Positions 7,104 to 16,458 of a stretch of DNA of 64,000 nucleotides are shown piece by piece; position 1 is the first letter of the stretch; the number at the start of each line of letters is the position of its first letter. A program made the position numbers and the translations under genes. The stretch spans positions 46,277 through 110,276 of IMG/VR virus record IMGVR_UViG_3300017780_006957. One strand, 5' to 3'. Source of the DNA: a virus. A model generated the notes under the pieces. That model was given only the letters and a program-made list of their open reading frames with translations. It was not told the origin of the DNA and did no database searches.

Positions 7104-7113
7104 TTAAAGAACA
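7104..7113 (-). promoter_or_regulatory. boxA antitermination element
   Basis: TGTTCTTTAA downstream of hairpin 7122-7142, as in rrn leaders. Confidence 0.7.
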
Positions 7114-7187
7114 GTATTTTATCTCTAATCGTTGACTAGAGAGGATCTTTCGAATCTGAGTGACTCCTATTCAATCGATCTATTTAG

Positions 7188-7216
7188 ATAATAACTTATG
7201 TTTTCGCTTATGTCAA
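7188..7216 (-). promoter_or_regulatory. sigma70 promoter of RNA operon
   Basis: TTGACA-17-TATTAT. Confidence 0.8.
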
Positions 7217-7219
7217 CTT

Positions 7220-7438
7220 TTATCTTAGATTTAATTCACTCTCTACTTTTCGGAATCTGTCATCAGAATGCCAGATTTCATTTACTTGTGGAGTATAAAC
7301 TCCATCAAGGGTTTGAATCGGGACGTTCTTTTGCAGCTTTAAAGTAGAAGGTTGATAAATTTTCCAGTTCTTCACGTTCTCGTTTGAGTTCCATACGCAG
7401 GAGGTCTGCGCGATCAGCAGAAGAGCTGCCCCCATCAT
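7220..7438 (-). CDS. lipoprotein, putative o-spanin
   Basis: MMGAALLLIAQTS-C lipobox-like start; overlaps upstream ORF in another frame (start could be further upstream). Confidence 0.6.
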   Translation of the reverse strand: MMGAALLLIAQTSCVWNSNENVKNWKIYQPSTLKLQKNVPIQTLDGVYTPQVNEIWHSDDRFRKVESELNLR

Positions 7439-7574
7439 TACGCAGCTTTTCAATTTCGTCAAGTATTTCTTTTTGTCTATTTTTTGATTTGATTCTGATT
7501 TCATAATAAAATGATTTGTTTTTTAAGTTTAAATAAAGTTCCAGTGATTTAATTAAAGAAGTTAAAATTCCCAT
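7305..7574 (-). CDS. putative i-spanin / coiled-coil protein
   Basis: Helical charged body, Rz/Rz1-like overlap; N-terminal TM weak. Confidence 0.45.
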   Translation of the reverse strand: MGILTSLIKSLELYLNLKNKSFYYEIRIKSKNRQKEILDEIEKLRNDGGSSSADRADLLRMELKREREELENLSTFYFKAAKERPDSNP

Positions 7575-7580
7575 ATTAAA

Positions 7581-8144
7581 TTATATAAAACTTTTCCACT
7601 CTTTTCTAATTTTGGACACCTGAAGAAAAAGATTAGGAATTACTGGAGCTTTTACTATTTCATTTTTAATATTAAAAAATGGAGAATGATCGGACTTCTT
7701 TTGATTGCAGTCAAGACAAGCCAAAGTCCTATTTTCGTGTTCATCAGTTCCGCCCTTACTTTTTGGTTTGATGTGATCAATAGTAAGATCTGCGATTTTA
7801 AATTTCTTTAAACAATACTGGCAAATAGAATCATGAATTCTGCTTAATTCCGCCAAAGATAGTTTTTTCTTTTTGGGTTTTTTAAAAAATTTACTGGTTA
7901 CAATAATAATTGTTGGAATTGGCCAAGAGCGTTTTGCGCTACGAAGAACGGGCTGATCTTCATGGAACTCCGCATAATCATTCCACTTCTCTATAGAATC
8001 AAACAAATTATTGTTTTTATCTAAAGCGGTGACATTTTGACTTAATAGATGCGCGAAAGCAGCCTTTGCTGTGATGGCAGTGATAGGTTGCCAAGCGTTA
8101 TTAAGTAAGAGTGTGGTTCTAGTATTGCAATCTACGATGTTCAT
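7581..8144 (-). CDS. HNH endonuclease (McrA-like)
   Basis: TLLLN..WQP, CQYC, TIDHIKPKSKGG...N...AC..CNQKK. Confidence 0.88.
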   Translation of the reverse strand: MNIVDCNTRTTLLLNNAWQPITAITAKAAFAHLLSQNVTALDKNNNLFDSIEKWNDYAEFHEDQPVLRSAKRSWPIPTIIIVTSKFFKKPKKKKLSLAELSRIHDSICQYCLKKFKIADLTIDHIKPKSKGGTDEHENRTLACLDCNQKKSDHSPFFNIKNEIVKAPVIPNLFLQVSKIRKEWKSFI

Positions 8145-8821
8145 TAATCAATAACTTGCCCCAAAAACATTGGGAAGATTTTAGATAAAGCTATAGCGCA
8201 TTGTTTTGCAACTTCAATATGCTCTTTCTGAGTCCCATTGCCAGTGCGAACTTCAAGATAATGAATCCAACTACGAATAGTTCCGTTCATATATAAACGA
8301 CTCATCATATTTCCTTCTGGAAGAACTGATCGAGCTACTTCTTTTGCTATCCCATTTTCAATAGCCCAATCATAAGTTTCTTTTGCTTTTTCAATTAATT
8401 GTTTTTGTCTAACTTCCCAACGATAAGAAAGAACTTCATTATTTGTTTCTACTGAATTTTGACGATTCTTTGTATCTTGAAGACGGGCTTCGCGGACTAC
8501 CATTGGCAATACAGAAGTAGGATCTGCATAACGCTGAGAAAATTCTTGAAAAGCAAATGATCTGTGGCGAAGAATTTGGCGAGCAATATCTCTTGTCGTT
8601 TCGATTTCAAGAACAGCGTTACACATTTCAAATGGTGAAAAATGTTTGTGTTTAAGAAGATAATTAATCAACTTATCTGCCGTATCCATATTCATTTGAT
8701 TAGAAGGATTAGACACTCTTCCGCAAAATGTGATTAGATCGGAAATGGTTTCCACTCCTGTTCCAGCAAAATAATCTTTATCAGGAATTGTATAGCCGAC
8801 TAGTTTTACTTTATTACTCAT
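8144..8821 (-). CDS. thyX: flavin-dependent thymidylate synthase
   Basis: HFSPFE, RQILRHRSFAFQEFSQRY, TQKEH. Confidence 0.95.
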   Translation of the reverse strand: MSNKVKLVGYTIPDKDYFAGTGVETISDLITFCGRVSNPSNQMNMDTADKLINYLLKHKHFSPFEMCNAVLEIETTRDIARQILRHRSFAFQEFSQRYADPTSVLPMVVREARLQDTKNRQNSVETNNEVLSYRWEVRQKQLIEKAKETYDWAIENGIAKEVARSVLPEGNMMSRLYMNGTIRSWIHYLEVRTGNGTQKEHIEVAKQCAIALSKIFPMFLGQVID

Positions 8822-9491
8822 TAGTTTTTAAATTGTATTGATTTTCATAAAAAGAACAAGACAAATCTCCATTATTATAATATTTTTTATCAGACTTTGG
8901 GTAATTCGAAATAATTTCATAGTTCAATGAAGCTTTCATTTGTTTCTTTTGCTTCTTTGAGCCAACAAAAAAGAAATATCTGTGCTTTGGCATAGGTTTT
9001 ATCTTTTGTATATTATTTTCTTTGGCCCAAATAGCTGGCTTAGTAATGCCTAGCTTATCTCTAAGGGTCATTGGGTGGGTTGCCACTCCATCAATCAAAT
9101 AAAGACTGTCATGAGATACTGTTGCGCCTGTATATAGCCAATTTGTTGCTTGATAAACTATACCACTATGTCCATGAGCCGAATCTGCATAGCTTATAAT
9201 CGCACAGAACCGCTCTTTAAGCATTTTAGTAGATTGACTAATCAAAAATGATGCGGCGTTTTTTACATCATTATCTACGACTAATCTAGTCAATTCATAA
9301 AGTCTAAAATCCCTATCTTTAAATGCGTATTTTTGAATAGGTGCTGACGGTTGACCAAAGCAACATACTCCAATAAGTTTGTTATCATTAAAAAGACCAA
9401 AGCCTTCCCAGAAAATGCCAAGTCTTTTGGAGTAGTGTTTATTTGATATGATTAAATCAGCTATTGATTTATCAATTCTTTTGACGGTCAT
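8814..9491 (-). CDS. Mom-like DNA adenine modification protein (GNAT fold)
   Basis: HYS, ELTRL, ISYAD...H.GIVYQATNW.Y.G, KHRY. Confidence 0.75.
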   Translation of the reverse strand: MTVKRIDKSIADLIISNKHYSKRLGIFWEGFGLFNDNKLIGVCCFGQPSAPIQKYAFKDRDFRLYELTRLVVDNDVKNAASFLISQSTKMLKERFCAIISYADSAHGHSGIVYQATNWLYTGATVSHDSLYLIDGVATHPMTLRDKLGITKPAIWAKENNIQKIKPMPKHRYFFFVGSKKQKKQMKASLNYEIISNYPKSDKKYYNNGDLSCSFYENQYNLKTNE

Positions 9492-9823
9492 ACATTTTTG
9501 ACGAATAGGCCATCAATGACACGCCCACGCCTATCCTTAATGACATCGTATGCACTGGCAAGGCATTCGATAAAATCAACATCAACTTTATGGCAAAGCA
9601 TCATAAGAGTAACTCCCATGTCACCAATACCGTCAATCACTTCTTCCATTGCTTTTTCTTTTGCTTTTTCTGTTTTTGCGTCTGCAAAAGCAACAAGAGC
9701 GTTCATTGTTTCATCCAACTCTTCTTGAGTTTTATGCAGCTGTTTAATTGGAGTAGAAAATTCAAAAATATTCCTATCCTTACCCCACTGCACAATCTTT
9801 TCTTTTAGTTCTTTGTATTCCAT
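9488..9823 (-). CDS. MazG-like nucleotide pyrophosphohydrolase
   Basis: KTQEELDE, DGIGDM.VTL, AYD.IKDRRG..IDG.FVK. Confidence 0.85.
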   Translation of the reverse strand: MEYKELKEKIVQWGKDRNIFEFSTPIKQLHKTQEELDETMNALVAFADAKTEKAKEKAMEEVIDGIGDMGVTLMMLCHKVDVDFIECLASAYDVIKDRRGRVIDGLFVKNV

Positions 9824-9826
9824 AAA

Positions 9827-10120
9827 TTATCCGATATTAATTTCAGTAGGCGCGATAGATTCAAGTTCGCCGCAAATAGATTGAATCTCCTTCTGGTCCA
9901 TTTCTTTGGCGATGGAGCGTAATTTACTTACTTCAGAACAGAAGAATTTAAATTTGTCATCTTGCTCTATGGTTTTTTTGTTTTGATTGTCATAAATGCC
10001 GAAATCAAAGACTTCAAAACGAGTAGGATCAATGCAGCGTTCAATTGGATCATAGTTGCTGTTTCCAACAACATAATCGAAAATGTCACCCACAGAGATC
10101 TTAATTTTAAACGAATTCAT
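9827..10120 (-). CDS. hypothetical protein
   Basis: 97 aa ORF. Confidence 0.65.
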   Translation of the reverse strand: MNSFKIKISVGDIFDYVVGNSNYDPIERCIDPTRFEVFDFGIYDNQNKKTIEQDDKFKFFCSEVSKLRSIAKEMDQKEIQSICGELESIAPTEINIG

Positions 10121-10169
10121 TATTATTTAGTTAATTATTTTTTTTATTTATTGCGTTCAACGCAAAAAC

Positions 10170-10198
10170 AGATTACCAATAAATAGATCACCAGTCAA
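10170..10198 (-). promoter_or_regulatory. sigma70 promoter
   Basis: TTGACT-17-TAATCT. Confidence 0.65.
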
Positions 10199-10214
10199 GA
10201 TCTTTTTGAAGATT

Positions 10215-10982
10215 TTAAACGCACGAAGCAATTAATGAGGCTTCATCATCTCTTCTTACCAAAAGACCATCAAGACCCTTGCCAATCCACAGCCTTTTCA
10301 TCTTGCGGACTTCGTTGGCGATGGCTTCGTAATTTTTTGAATCAATTAAATTTCTGATATTAAGCATTTCAATCCTACTCGGACCAGAAACCGATGCGCC
10401 TCTATTAAAAACAAGACTGACTAACGCTCCAAAAGCATCTGGGTGGAGTTTGTCGGAATTAGGAAAAGCTTTTTTTGTTTCGTTTATAAAGCGCGGCAAT
10501 GTATTCTTTTTAAAAACAATTTCTGCGGCATCCCAAGATACTTCAATGTCTTTTACGCTTGAAATAGCGGCTTTCGCATTGGAAGATTTTTTTCCAAGGT
10601 GTTGAAGCAATCGAATATAAGATTGGGTATCCAAAATTCCCTTCCAATCTTCTGAGAATTGATATGATGTGTTATAGCCTAAATCGTAGCCTATGCCGAT
10701 TGTTACGCCGCTTTCGCCTCCAGGATAACAAGGATGTTTTAAGCATTTATTATAATAACTTGCGCCGCCGCCAACTTCATATTTAAGAATAAGCGCAAAT
10801 GATTTTGCAGATAAAGGGTTGGATTCATTATTTGAATTAACGACAGGAATTTCGGCAGGTTGCTCGCCAGTTATTTTAATAAGTATTTGTTTCCATGTGT
10901 TTGGGCCATCGATTCCATCAGCATTTAAATTCAAAGCCTTTTGGACTTTGGTTATTAATTCTTTTTTATTTGCAAATTCCAT
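10215..10982 (-). CDS. endolysin (PG-binding + lysozyme-like domain)
   Basis: VQKAL..ADGIDGPNTW; PGGESGVTIGIGYDLG; GLLVRR..EA. Confidence 0.85.
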   Translation of the reverse strand: MEFANKKELITKVQKALNLNADGIDGPNTWKQILIKITGEQPAEIPVVNSNNESNPLSAKSFALILKYEVGGGASYYNKCLKHPCYPGGESGVTIGIGYDLGYNTSYQFSEDWKGILDTQSYIRLLQHLGKKSSNAKAAISSVKDIEVSWDAAEIVFKKNTLPRFINETKKAFPNSDKLHPDAFGALVSLVFNRGASVSGPSRIEMLNIRNLIDSKNYEAIANEVRKMKRLWIGKGLDGLLVRRDDEASLIASCV

Positions 10983-10989
10983 ATTTTTA

Positions 10990-11349
10990 TTAGTTAAAAT
11001 CTTCTGATTGAACCTCATCCTCGTATACAGGCAACAACGCTTGCATTTCTTCTGTAGTCAATTCTTGAACATCTGGGAATAATCCCTGATTAAAAACATC
11101 AACTAATTTTAACGACCAAAGGGCTGTGTAAGCTTTTCTTCCATCAGTAAGATCTGTAAGAGAAGCTGTTTCTGGGAATCTTAAAGCTCTAAGAGTTGTA
11201 TGTTCACTATCATCCCAACCACAAGCAATAGTTTTGACTGTTAATAGTCCATCAGTTGCATCTTCTCCAAATTGTTCATTGAGAAGTGGAAGTTGTTCTA
11301 CTAGTGCTTCTGGAAAAGCAAATGTTTTAAATTCTGTTGAGAAGTTCAT
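10990..11349 (-). CDS. acidic hypothetical protein
   Basis: 119 aa ORF after paralog array. Confidence 0.65.
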   Translation of the reverse strand: MNFSTEFKTFAFPEALVEQLPLLNEQFGEDATDGLLTVKTIACGWDDSEHTTLRALRFPETASLTDLTDGRKAYTALWSLKLVDVFNQGLFPDVQELTTEEMQALLPVYEDEVQSEDFN

Positions 11350-11378
11350 ATGTTATTTTAGTTTATTAATTGTATATT

Positions 11379-12233
11379 TCAATATGGCATATTCAGCCCT
11401 GAGCCTATAGTTTGTCTGAATAGTTGTTTAAATAAGTTTGAGATATTTAATCCTAAAGCCCTTTGGAATACTACAGCGAATGCTCCTGTATCGGCTCTAG
11501 TTGCTGATGTTCCATATGTATTGAATAAGAAACTATTTGTGCCTGTTGCAAGATATGGTAATACACCTATACCTTCTTGAGTATTACCCGTGGAGTTATT
11601 TTGCTGAACAAAATAGTTTCCATTAACAGGGTCATATATATTATTAGTTTGACCAAAATAATAATTATAACCTGACGGTGTTGGACCTGGTGTTATTCTT
11701 GCATATTTTTGAGCAAAAGATGGGGTAAGAGCGCTACTTCTCATAAGTGTTTGTCCATTGGGTTGAAATATTGACAAAGCTAACTTGGCTGTAGCATCAT
11801 TCGTCGTACCACTATTATCTAATGTAACTAATAAAGTAAATGGAAGTATATTTGTTGATCTAAAAACTCCACATAGAGAAGCTTGAGTCCATCCAGTTGT
11901 TCTCACAGGAATATCTATTCTTTTATAGTTTACTACTTGATCAAAGAATATACCAGACCCATCGCTATTCCATACAGGGCTATTTGTCATAGTACCATTA
12001 TAAGTGCCTAATCCACCTAGACTATAAACAGTAGATCCAGTACCAGCATTATGAATACTTCTCATTGGCCAACAAACCATAGAATTCCATAATCCTAGTT
12101 TCTTTGTTCCTATTACAAATTTATTAATTTGTTTTAAGTTTTCGGGCAATATAGTTTTACCACTACCCACTTTAACTCTAGTAGCAAAAGCAATAGTGTC
12201 TTTATCTAATCCAAATGTTCTTGTTCTTGGCAT
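11379..12233 (-). CDS. lectin/LamG-like virion protein, array member 5
   Basis: MVCWPMR..NAG.GSTVYSLGG; C-term TIGSGLNMP. Confidence 0.7.
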   Translation of the reverse strand: MPRTRTFGLDKDTIAFATRVKVGSGKTILPENLKQINKFVIGTKKLGLWNSMVCWPMRSIHNAGTGSTVYSLGGLGTYNGTMTNSPVWNSDGSGIFFDQVVNYKRIDIPVRTTGWTQASLCGVFRSTNILPFTLLVTLDNSGTTNDATAKLALSIFQPNGQTLMRSSALTPSFAQKYARITPGPTPSGYNYYFGQTNNIYDPVNGNYFVQQNNSTGNTQEGIGVLPYLATGTNSFLFNTYGTSATRADTGAFAVVFQRALGLNISNLFKQLFRQTIGSGLNMPY

Positions 12234-12234
12234 A

Positions 12235-13050
12235 TTATGGTAATCCTAATGTTTTTCCGATTGTTGCTTTACATAGATTATAAAAACTTAATTGAGTGCT
12301 ATCGTCAAGTGCTTTATCAAAGTCAGCCGCTAAAGACATTGTTCCATTAAGTCCTCTATCGTTCAAACCACCTCCTTGCATTGCCATGCATCTAATGTTA
12401 TTTGTGTCTGCAATCGGAAAGGCTACTCTCGTTGTCGTATTCTTGGAGGCTCCATTTCTGAAGGAATATGCTTGATTAAAATTTAATGCACTGGAAAGAC
12501 AAACTCTTTGATTATTGTTGACGGTTTGGCTTAAAGTTGTTCTATTTAAAGAAACTCCCCACTGGAAAAGATTTGAAAAGAAAAATCCTTCCCCTGATGG
12601 GGATGCAAACCCAAGATTATAATTAGATGTTAATAGATAAACTTCCTCTAATGTGAGCGCATTTCGAATAAAAATGGATATTATATTTCTTGTAAAATAA
12701 TTTGTTTTTTTGGTGTTTAAGAGTTGAATATAAGGTGGGGGATTTCCTAGACCAGTAGATCTAATACCATCAATTTCCCATACTATGTTGCCAACAGCTA
12801 TGCCCATTTTTGTTGAATCAAGAAGACTGCATACGCTTTGTCCTGCGCCCACATTATATCTATTACTCATCAACCATATTTCTCCACTACCCCATATCCC
12901 CAAATCTTTTAATCCAATAATAAAATTATCAATATCAACAGCATCAGCATTAGTTATCTTATCTAGACCATTTAATTGTCTATAAGTATTAACTCTATTG
13001 AGATAACGTTTAGTATCTATGTCGAAAGTGTATTTTCGTGTAGTAGGCAT
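12235..13050 (-). CDS. lectin/LamG-like virion protein, array member 4
   Basis: DIDNFI.GLK.LG; C-term TIGKTLGLP. Confidence 0.7.
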   Translation of the reverse strand: MPTTRKYTFDIDTKRYLNRVNTYRQLNGLDKITNADAVDIDNFIIGLKDLGIWGSGEIWLMSNRYNVGAGQSVCSLLDSTKMGIAVGNIVWEIDGIRSTGLGNPPPYIQLLNTKKTNYFTRNIISIFIRNALTLEEVYLLTSNYNLGFASPSGEGFFFSNLFQWGVSLNRTTLSQTVNNNQRVCLSSALNFNQAYSFRNGASKNTTTRVAFPIADTNNIRCMAMQGGGLNDRGLNGTMSLAADFDKALDDSTQLSFYNLCKATIGKTLGLP

Positions 13051-13051
13051 A

Positions 13052-13903
13052 TTAAGGTAATCCTAAGTTTTTGCCGATTGTTGTTTTTATTAAAGCGTAT
13101 ACATTTAAATATTCGGCAGGTGATATATATCTATTTGCTATCATCATTAAAGCCATCGCACCTTGAAAGTAATCTCCCGAACCTGTTTGACCATTTCTAG
13201 CTCCGATACCCATAGTATTAAATGTAGCATTACTAAAGAAACTCAATGCTTTAGTACCAGCGTTTGTAGTTGTGTTAATAGAAGCAGCTAGCCCTGTGGT
13301 TAAGCTTTCACCAAAGGATACATAATTAACATGCATTGCTGCTGTGTTGTAAGGTGAATAAAATCTAGATCCTGCACTTGTACCATCAGAAGGTGATGAA
13401 CCAAAGGTTACAAAAAGACCACCGACGTTAATGCCAACATACGAATGAGATTGTACATTTATACGAAATCCTCTTGTAGTAGCAGTGACTCCATCATTAG
13501 CTAGTAATGCTCTAGCTGCTGTAGTGTAATCTGGTTGATGTAAACATATCATACTAAACCCAGCAACAACAGGACTATTTAAAAAATTAGGTATTCTTAT
13601 ATACTGTGAATTAGCGGCAGTAAAATTAATACCAGATGATCCCCACGAAGGACCGTTTATCATAACACCATCAAACTTTCCTATGCCTCCAAATGATAAT
13701 ATGTTAGCTCCAGAACCCAAGTTATGCTGGCTTCTAAAAGGATAAACAATAATGTTTTGTAGTAAATTTAATTGTTTTAATCCCGCTATGAAATTATCTA
13801 TGTCTGCGATATCAGACAAATTTAATTCTCTACCATAAGAATATAATCTTCTTAGATATTGTCTTGTCTCAGTTTGGAGACCATATGATTTAGAATTTAC
13901 CAT
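13052..13903 (-). CDS. lectin/LamG-like virion protein, array member 3
   Basis: DIDNFIAGLK; C-term TIGKNLGLP. Confidence 0.7.
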   Translation of the reverse strand: MVNSKSYGLQTETRQYLRRLYSYGRELNLSDIADIDNFIAGLKQLNLLQNIIVYPFRSQHNLGSGANILSFGGIGKFDGVMINGPSWGSSGINFTAANSQYIRIPNFLNSPVVAGFSMICLHQPDYTTAARALLANDGVTATTRGFRINVQSHSYVGINVGGLFVTFGSSPSDGTSAGSRFYSPYNTAAMHVNYVSFGESLTTGLAASINTTTNAGTKALSFFSNATFNTMGIGARNGQTGSGDYFQGAMALMMIANRYISPAEYLNVYALIKTTIGKNLGLP

Positions 13904-14733
13904 TATAAAATTTCTTCTATTATTCCTGTTGTAACAGTAGGCTTATTCTTAGCTATTAGAGTATTTGTGCCGTATAAATCTCTACCATCTGATGTGCCTG
14001 ATCTTTCATTCAATGGCCAATATGAAACTAGACCATTTACTAGTGATGGTGTGTAATATATAGCTTCTAAAAATGATCTACCACTACCTGAATTATATAA
14101 CGATGTTCTCTCTGCCGCTGTTAATACTCTTGACCATTGCCAAATTCTTGCTGCTTGACCATTTAATGACACATCAACAGGATTCCAAGCGGCAGCTATT
14201 CTTAAATCTCCAACATTAGAAGTGAACCCTCCAGCTAAAACAGCAGATACTATAGCTCCATCATCAACTTGAATATAATAAGAAGATCCATCATACCAAC
14301 CATTGACTAATTGCCAATTATTTGATGGTGCTATATTACTAGATATATTTGTTGTGCCATATTTAGCAAAATAGATATATGTTCCAAAATATAATGCTGG
14401 CCCTCCTTGACCCTTGCCTATTATAGTTCCATTATTTGACCCTTTAAACCAAGCAACAAAAGTAAAAGGTGAAGTTGTAAAGTTAATGGTAGAATTGGTT
14501 GGACAACTCATATGTTGAGATGCAGCTCCTCCTGTGCTTCCTGAACCACCAGCAAAACTTCTAGTTGTTGTACTAGTAGAATTTGGTAATGATAAATTAT
14601 TTGTTTTCCTGAGAATAAAATAATCATTAACTGCTTTTACTCCAGCAGTATTAAGAGAAAATCCACTATTACCTTCCATTCTCTTAAGGAAGGCTTTTGT
14701 TTCTTTTTCTAAATTGTAATATCTTTTTGCCAT
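13903..14733 (-). CDS. LamG/concanavalin-like protein, array member 2
   Basis: FTFVAWFK, W..V.G.YDG, WSRVLTAAE..SLYN, LVSYWPLNE. Confidence 0.75.
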   Translation of the reverse strand: MAKRYYNLEKETKAFLKRMEGNSGFSLNTAGVKAVNDYFILRKTNNLSLPNSTSTTTRSFAGGSGSTGGAASQHMSCPTNSTINFTTSPFTFVAWFKGSNNGTIIGKGQGGPALYFGTYIYFAKYGTTNISSNIAPSNNWQLVNGWYDGSSYYIQVDDGAIVSAVLAGGFTSNVGDLRIAAAWNPVDVSLNGQAARIWQWSRVLTAAERTSLYNSGSGRSFLEAIYYTPSLVNGLVSYWPLNERSGTSDGRDLYGTNTLIAKNKPTVTTGIIEEIL

Positions 14734-14734
14734 A

Positions 14735-15628
14735 TTATGGTAATCCTAAGCCGTTTCCGAGGGTGTTTTTATAGAGATCTGTAAACTGAATGCCTTGATC
14801 GTAAATATCTATGTTAGCGTGTAATAAAAATGGAAGATTCCATGTTTGATTGTTAGTGCTGGTATACGTATATCTAAAATCAACTGTTGTTACTCCTCCA
14901 TTCCAATCGAAGCTTGCATTGGACGCAGATTTAGGCGTTTTGTTATAATATCCTCTTGCTGAGGATATTGAATTAACCGACATGATTACACTCTTGAATG
15001 TCGAGCTTGTGAAAGAGCCGAAGTTTAATTGCTGCGTTCTCCATGCCAAATATTCTCTATTGCCTCCTGGTAGGTAAAAAAGTTTACCATTAAACATGCT
15101 ATGCCCTACTACACTATTTGATGTATATCCAGAAGTATTAGAGTTATCAACTGTCACCATAGCACATGGAACATTTGACAATTTTAAAGACGGTACATTC
15201 AAATAACTATTATTAACTGACCAAAAAATTCCTAAACTACTCCAACTAACAGCATTAACAAGCGTTCCGTTATGAACACCTAACCCACCTAAACTATACA
15301 CTGTTGATCCAGCTCCAGCATTCTGATAATTTCTCATTGGCCAACAAACCATATTCTGCCAAAGACCCAATGTCTTCATTCCTCTAGTAAACCAAAGCAC
15401 TTCACATCTCCCCAAAGGATCTGTGACTCCTGCTCTACTGAGATATGCATCACCATCTACATCATTAAAGCCTAAGCTAAGCCTAGACCAATCACCAGAC
15501 TTCTTTAGACTTTCTACTCTATCATTAATGGCTTTTATTGCAGAAGAAGACACAACGATACCTTGTTCGCTCTGTAAGCGATTTATATAGGATTTTACTT
15601 CGTTTTGTATTCCGTAGAATTTCATCAA
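14735..15628 (-). CDS. lectin/LamG-like virion protein, array member 1
   Basis: MVCWPMRNYQNAGAGSTVYSLGG; C-term TLGNGLGLP. Confidence 0.7.
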   Translation of the reverse strand: MMKFYGIQNEVKSYINRLQSEQGIVVSSSAIKAINDRVESLKKSGDWSRLSLGFNDVDGDAYLSRAGVTDPLGRCEVLWFTRGMKTLGLWQNMVCWPMRNYQNAGAGSTVYSLGGLGVHNGTLVNAVSWSSLGIFWSVNNSYLNVPSLKLSNVPCAMVTVDNSNTSGYTSNSVVGHSMFNGKLFYLPGGNREYLAWRTQQLNFGSFTSSTFKSVIMSVNSISSARGYYNKTPKSASNASFDWNGGVTTVDFRYTYTSTNNQTWNLPFLLHANIDIYDQGIQFTDLYKNTLGNGLGLP

Positions 15629-16452
15629 ACTCCCTCCCAGAAAATATAACGACCAGTTGATCCAGATATGGTATTTACGGAGACATCTCCTTTGTATCTG
15701 TCATCAAAGAATTTTTCTCCTCTAGCGTCGAATTCAGCTGTTCCAGGATATAACATAAAATTAAATGAACTAGTATTACAGCCTAAACCATATTTCACAT
15801 ACAACGGAACTGTCCCGAAATTTTGCCCAACTAAAGTAATTCTATTGGAATTACCAGATACCACTTGAGTGCCGACTCCAGATGAAGAAGTTCCACTAAT
15901 TAACCCAGTAATATAATTTGACACAGATCCATATCCAATATCAAAATTAGTAACACTATCAATATCTTTATCCAAATCGGCCTGATATGCTAATGCTCCG
16001 CCATTATCTTTGTCGAAGTTGAATGATACAGCATCATTGCGGCCATAATTTGGATAGAATCCACTGCCCATATCTACTGCTCTTCCTCCAACATTTTGAA
16101 TTTCAATAGGAACTACTGCGGAATATAAACCAGTAGATGTTCCTGATCCAGTAAGATAACCAGTAAGATAACCAGATGCTAAGTCTACTCTTTCGTTTGG
16201 AGCGTCATAGAAAATCTGAAGGCGATTTGTATCTGCCATCACTCCGCTCGTAGTATAATTTAATTTTAAAGAATTATTTCCTACGCCTGTAATGTATCCA
16301 CCAGCAGTTGGATCTGCAAAATTATAAATAATTTTATTTTGAGTAACATTGGTAACTAAAAGAAAATTCTCTAAAACTAATCCAGAATATTGGGTAAGCT
16401 GAACTATTCCTGAGTTTGAATTAAAATTATAACCTGTAATTAATTTTTTCAT
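15625..16452 (-). CDS. putative structural protein
   Basis: LLVTNVT.N.IIYNFADP motif; G/S/T-rich. Confidence 0.65.
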   Translation of the reverse strand: MKKLITGYNFNSNSGIVQLTQYSGLVLENFLLVTNVTQNKIIYNFADPTAGGYITGVGNNSLKLNYTTSGVMADTNRLQIFYDAPNERVDLASGYLTGYLTGSGTSTGLYSAVVPIEIQNVGGRAVDMGSGFYPNYGRNDAVSFNFDKDNGGALAYQADLDKDIDSVTNFDIGYGSVSNYITGLISGTSSSGVGTQVVSGNSNRITLVGQNFGTVPLYVKYGLGCNTSSFNFMLYPGTAEFDARGEKFFDDRYKGDVSVNTISGSTGRYIFWEGV

Positions 16453-16458
16453 ATTTTA

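Noticed and set aside
6863-7135. 90-aa plus-strand ORF
   Set aside because: Antisense to the RNA operon, overlaps stems and boxA, no recognisable protein features
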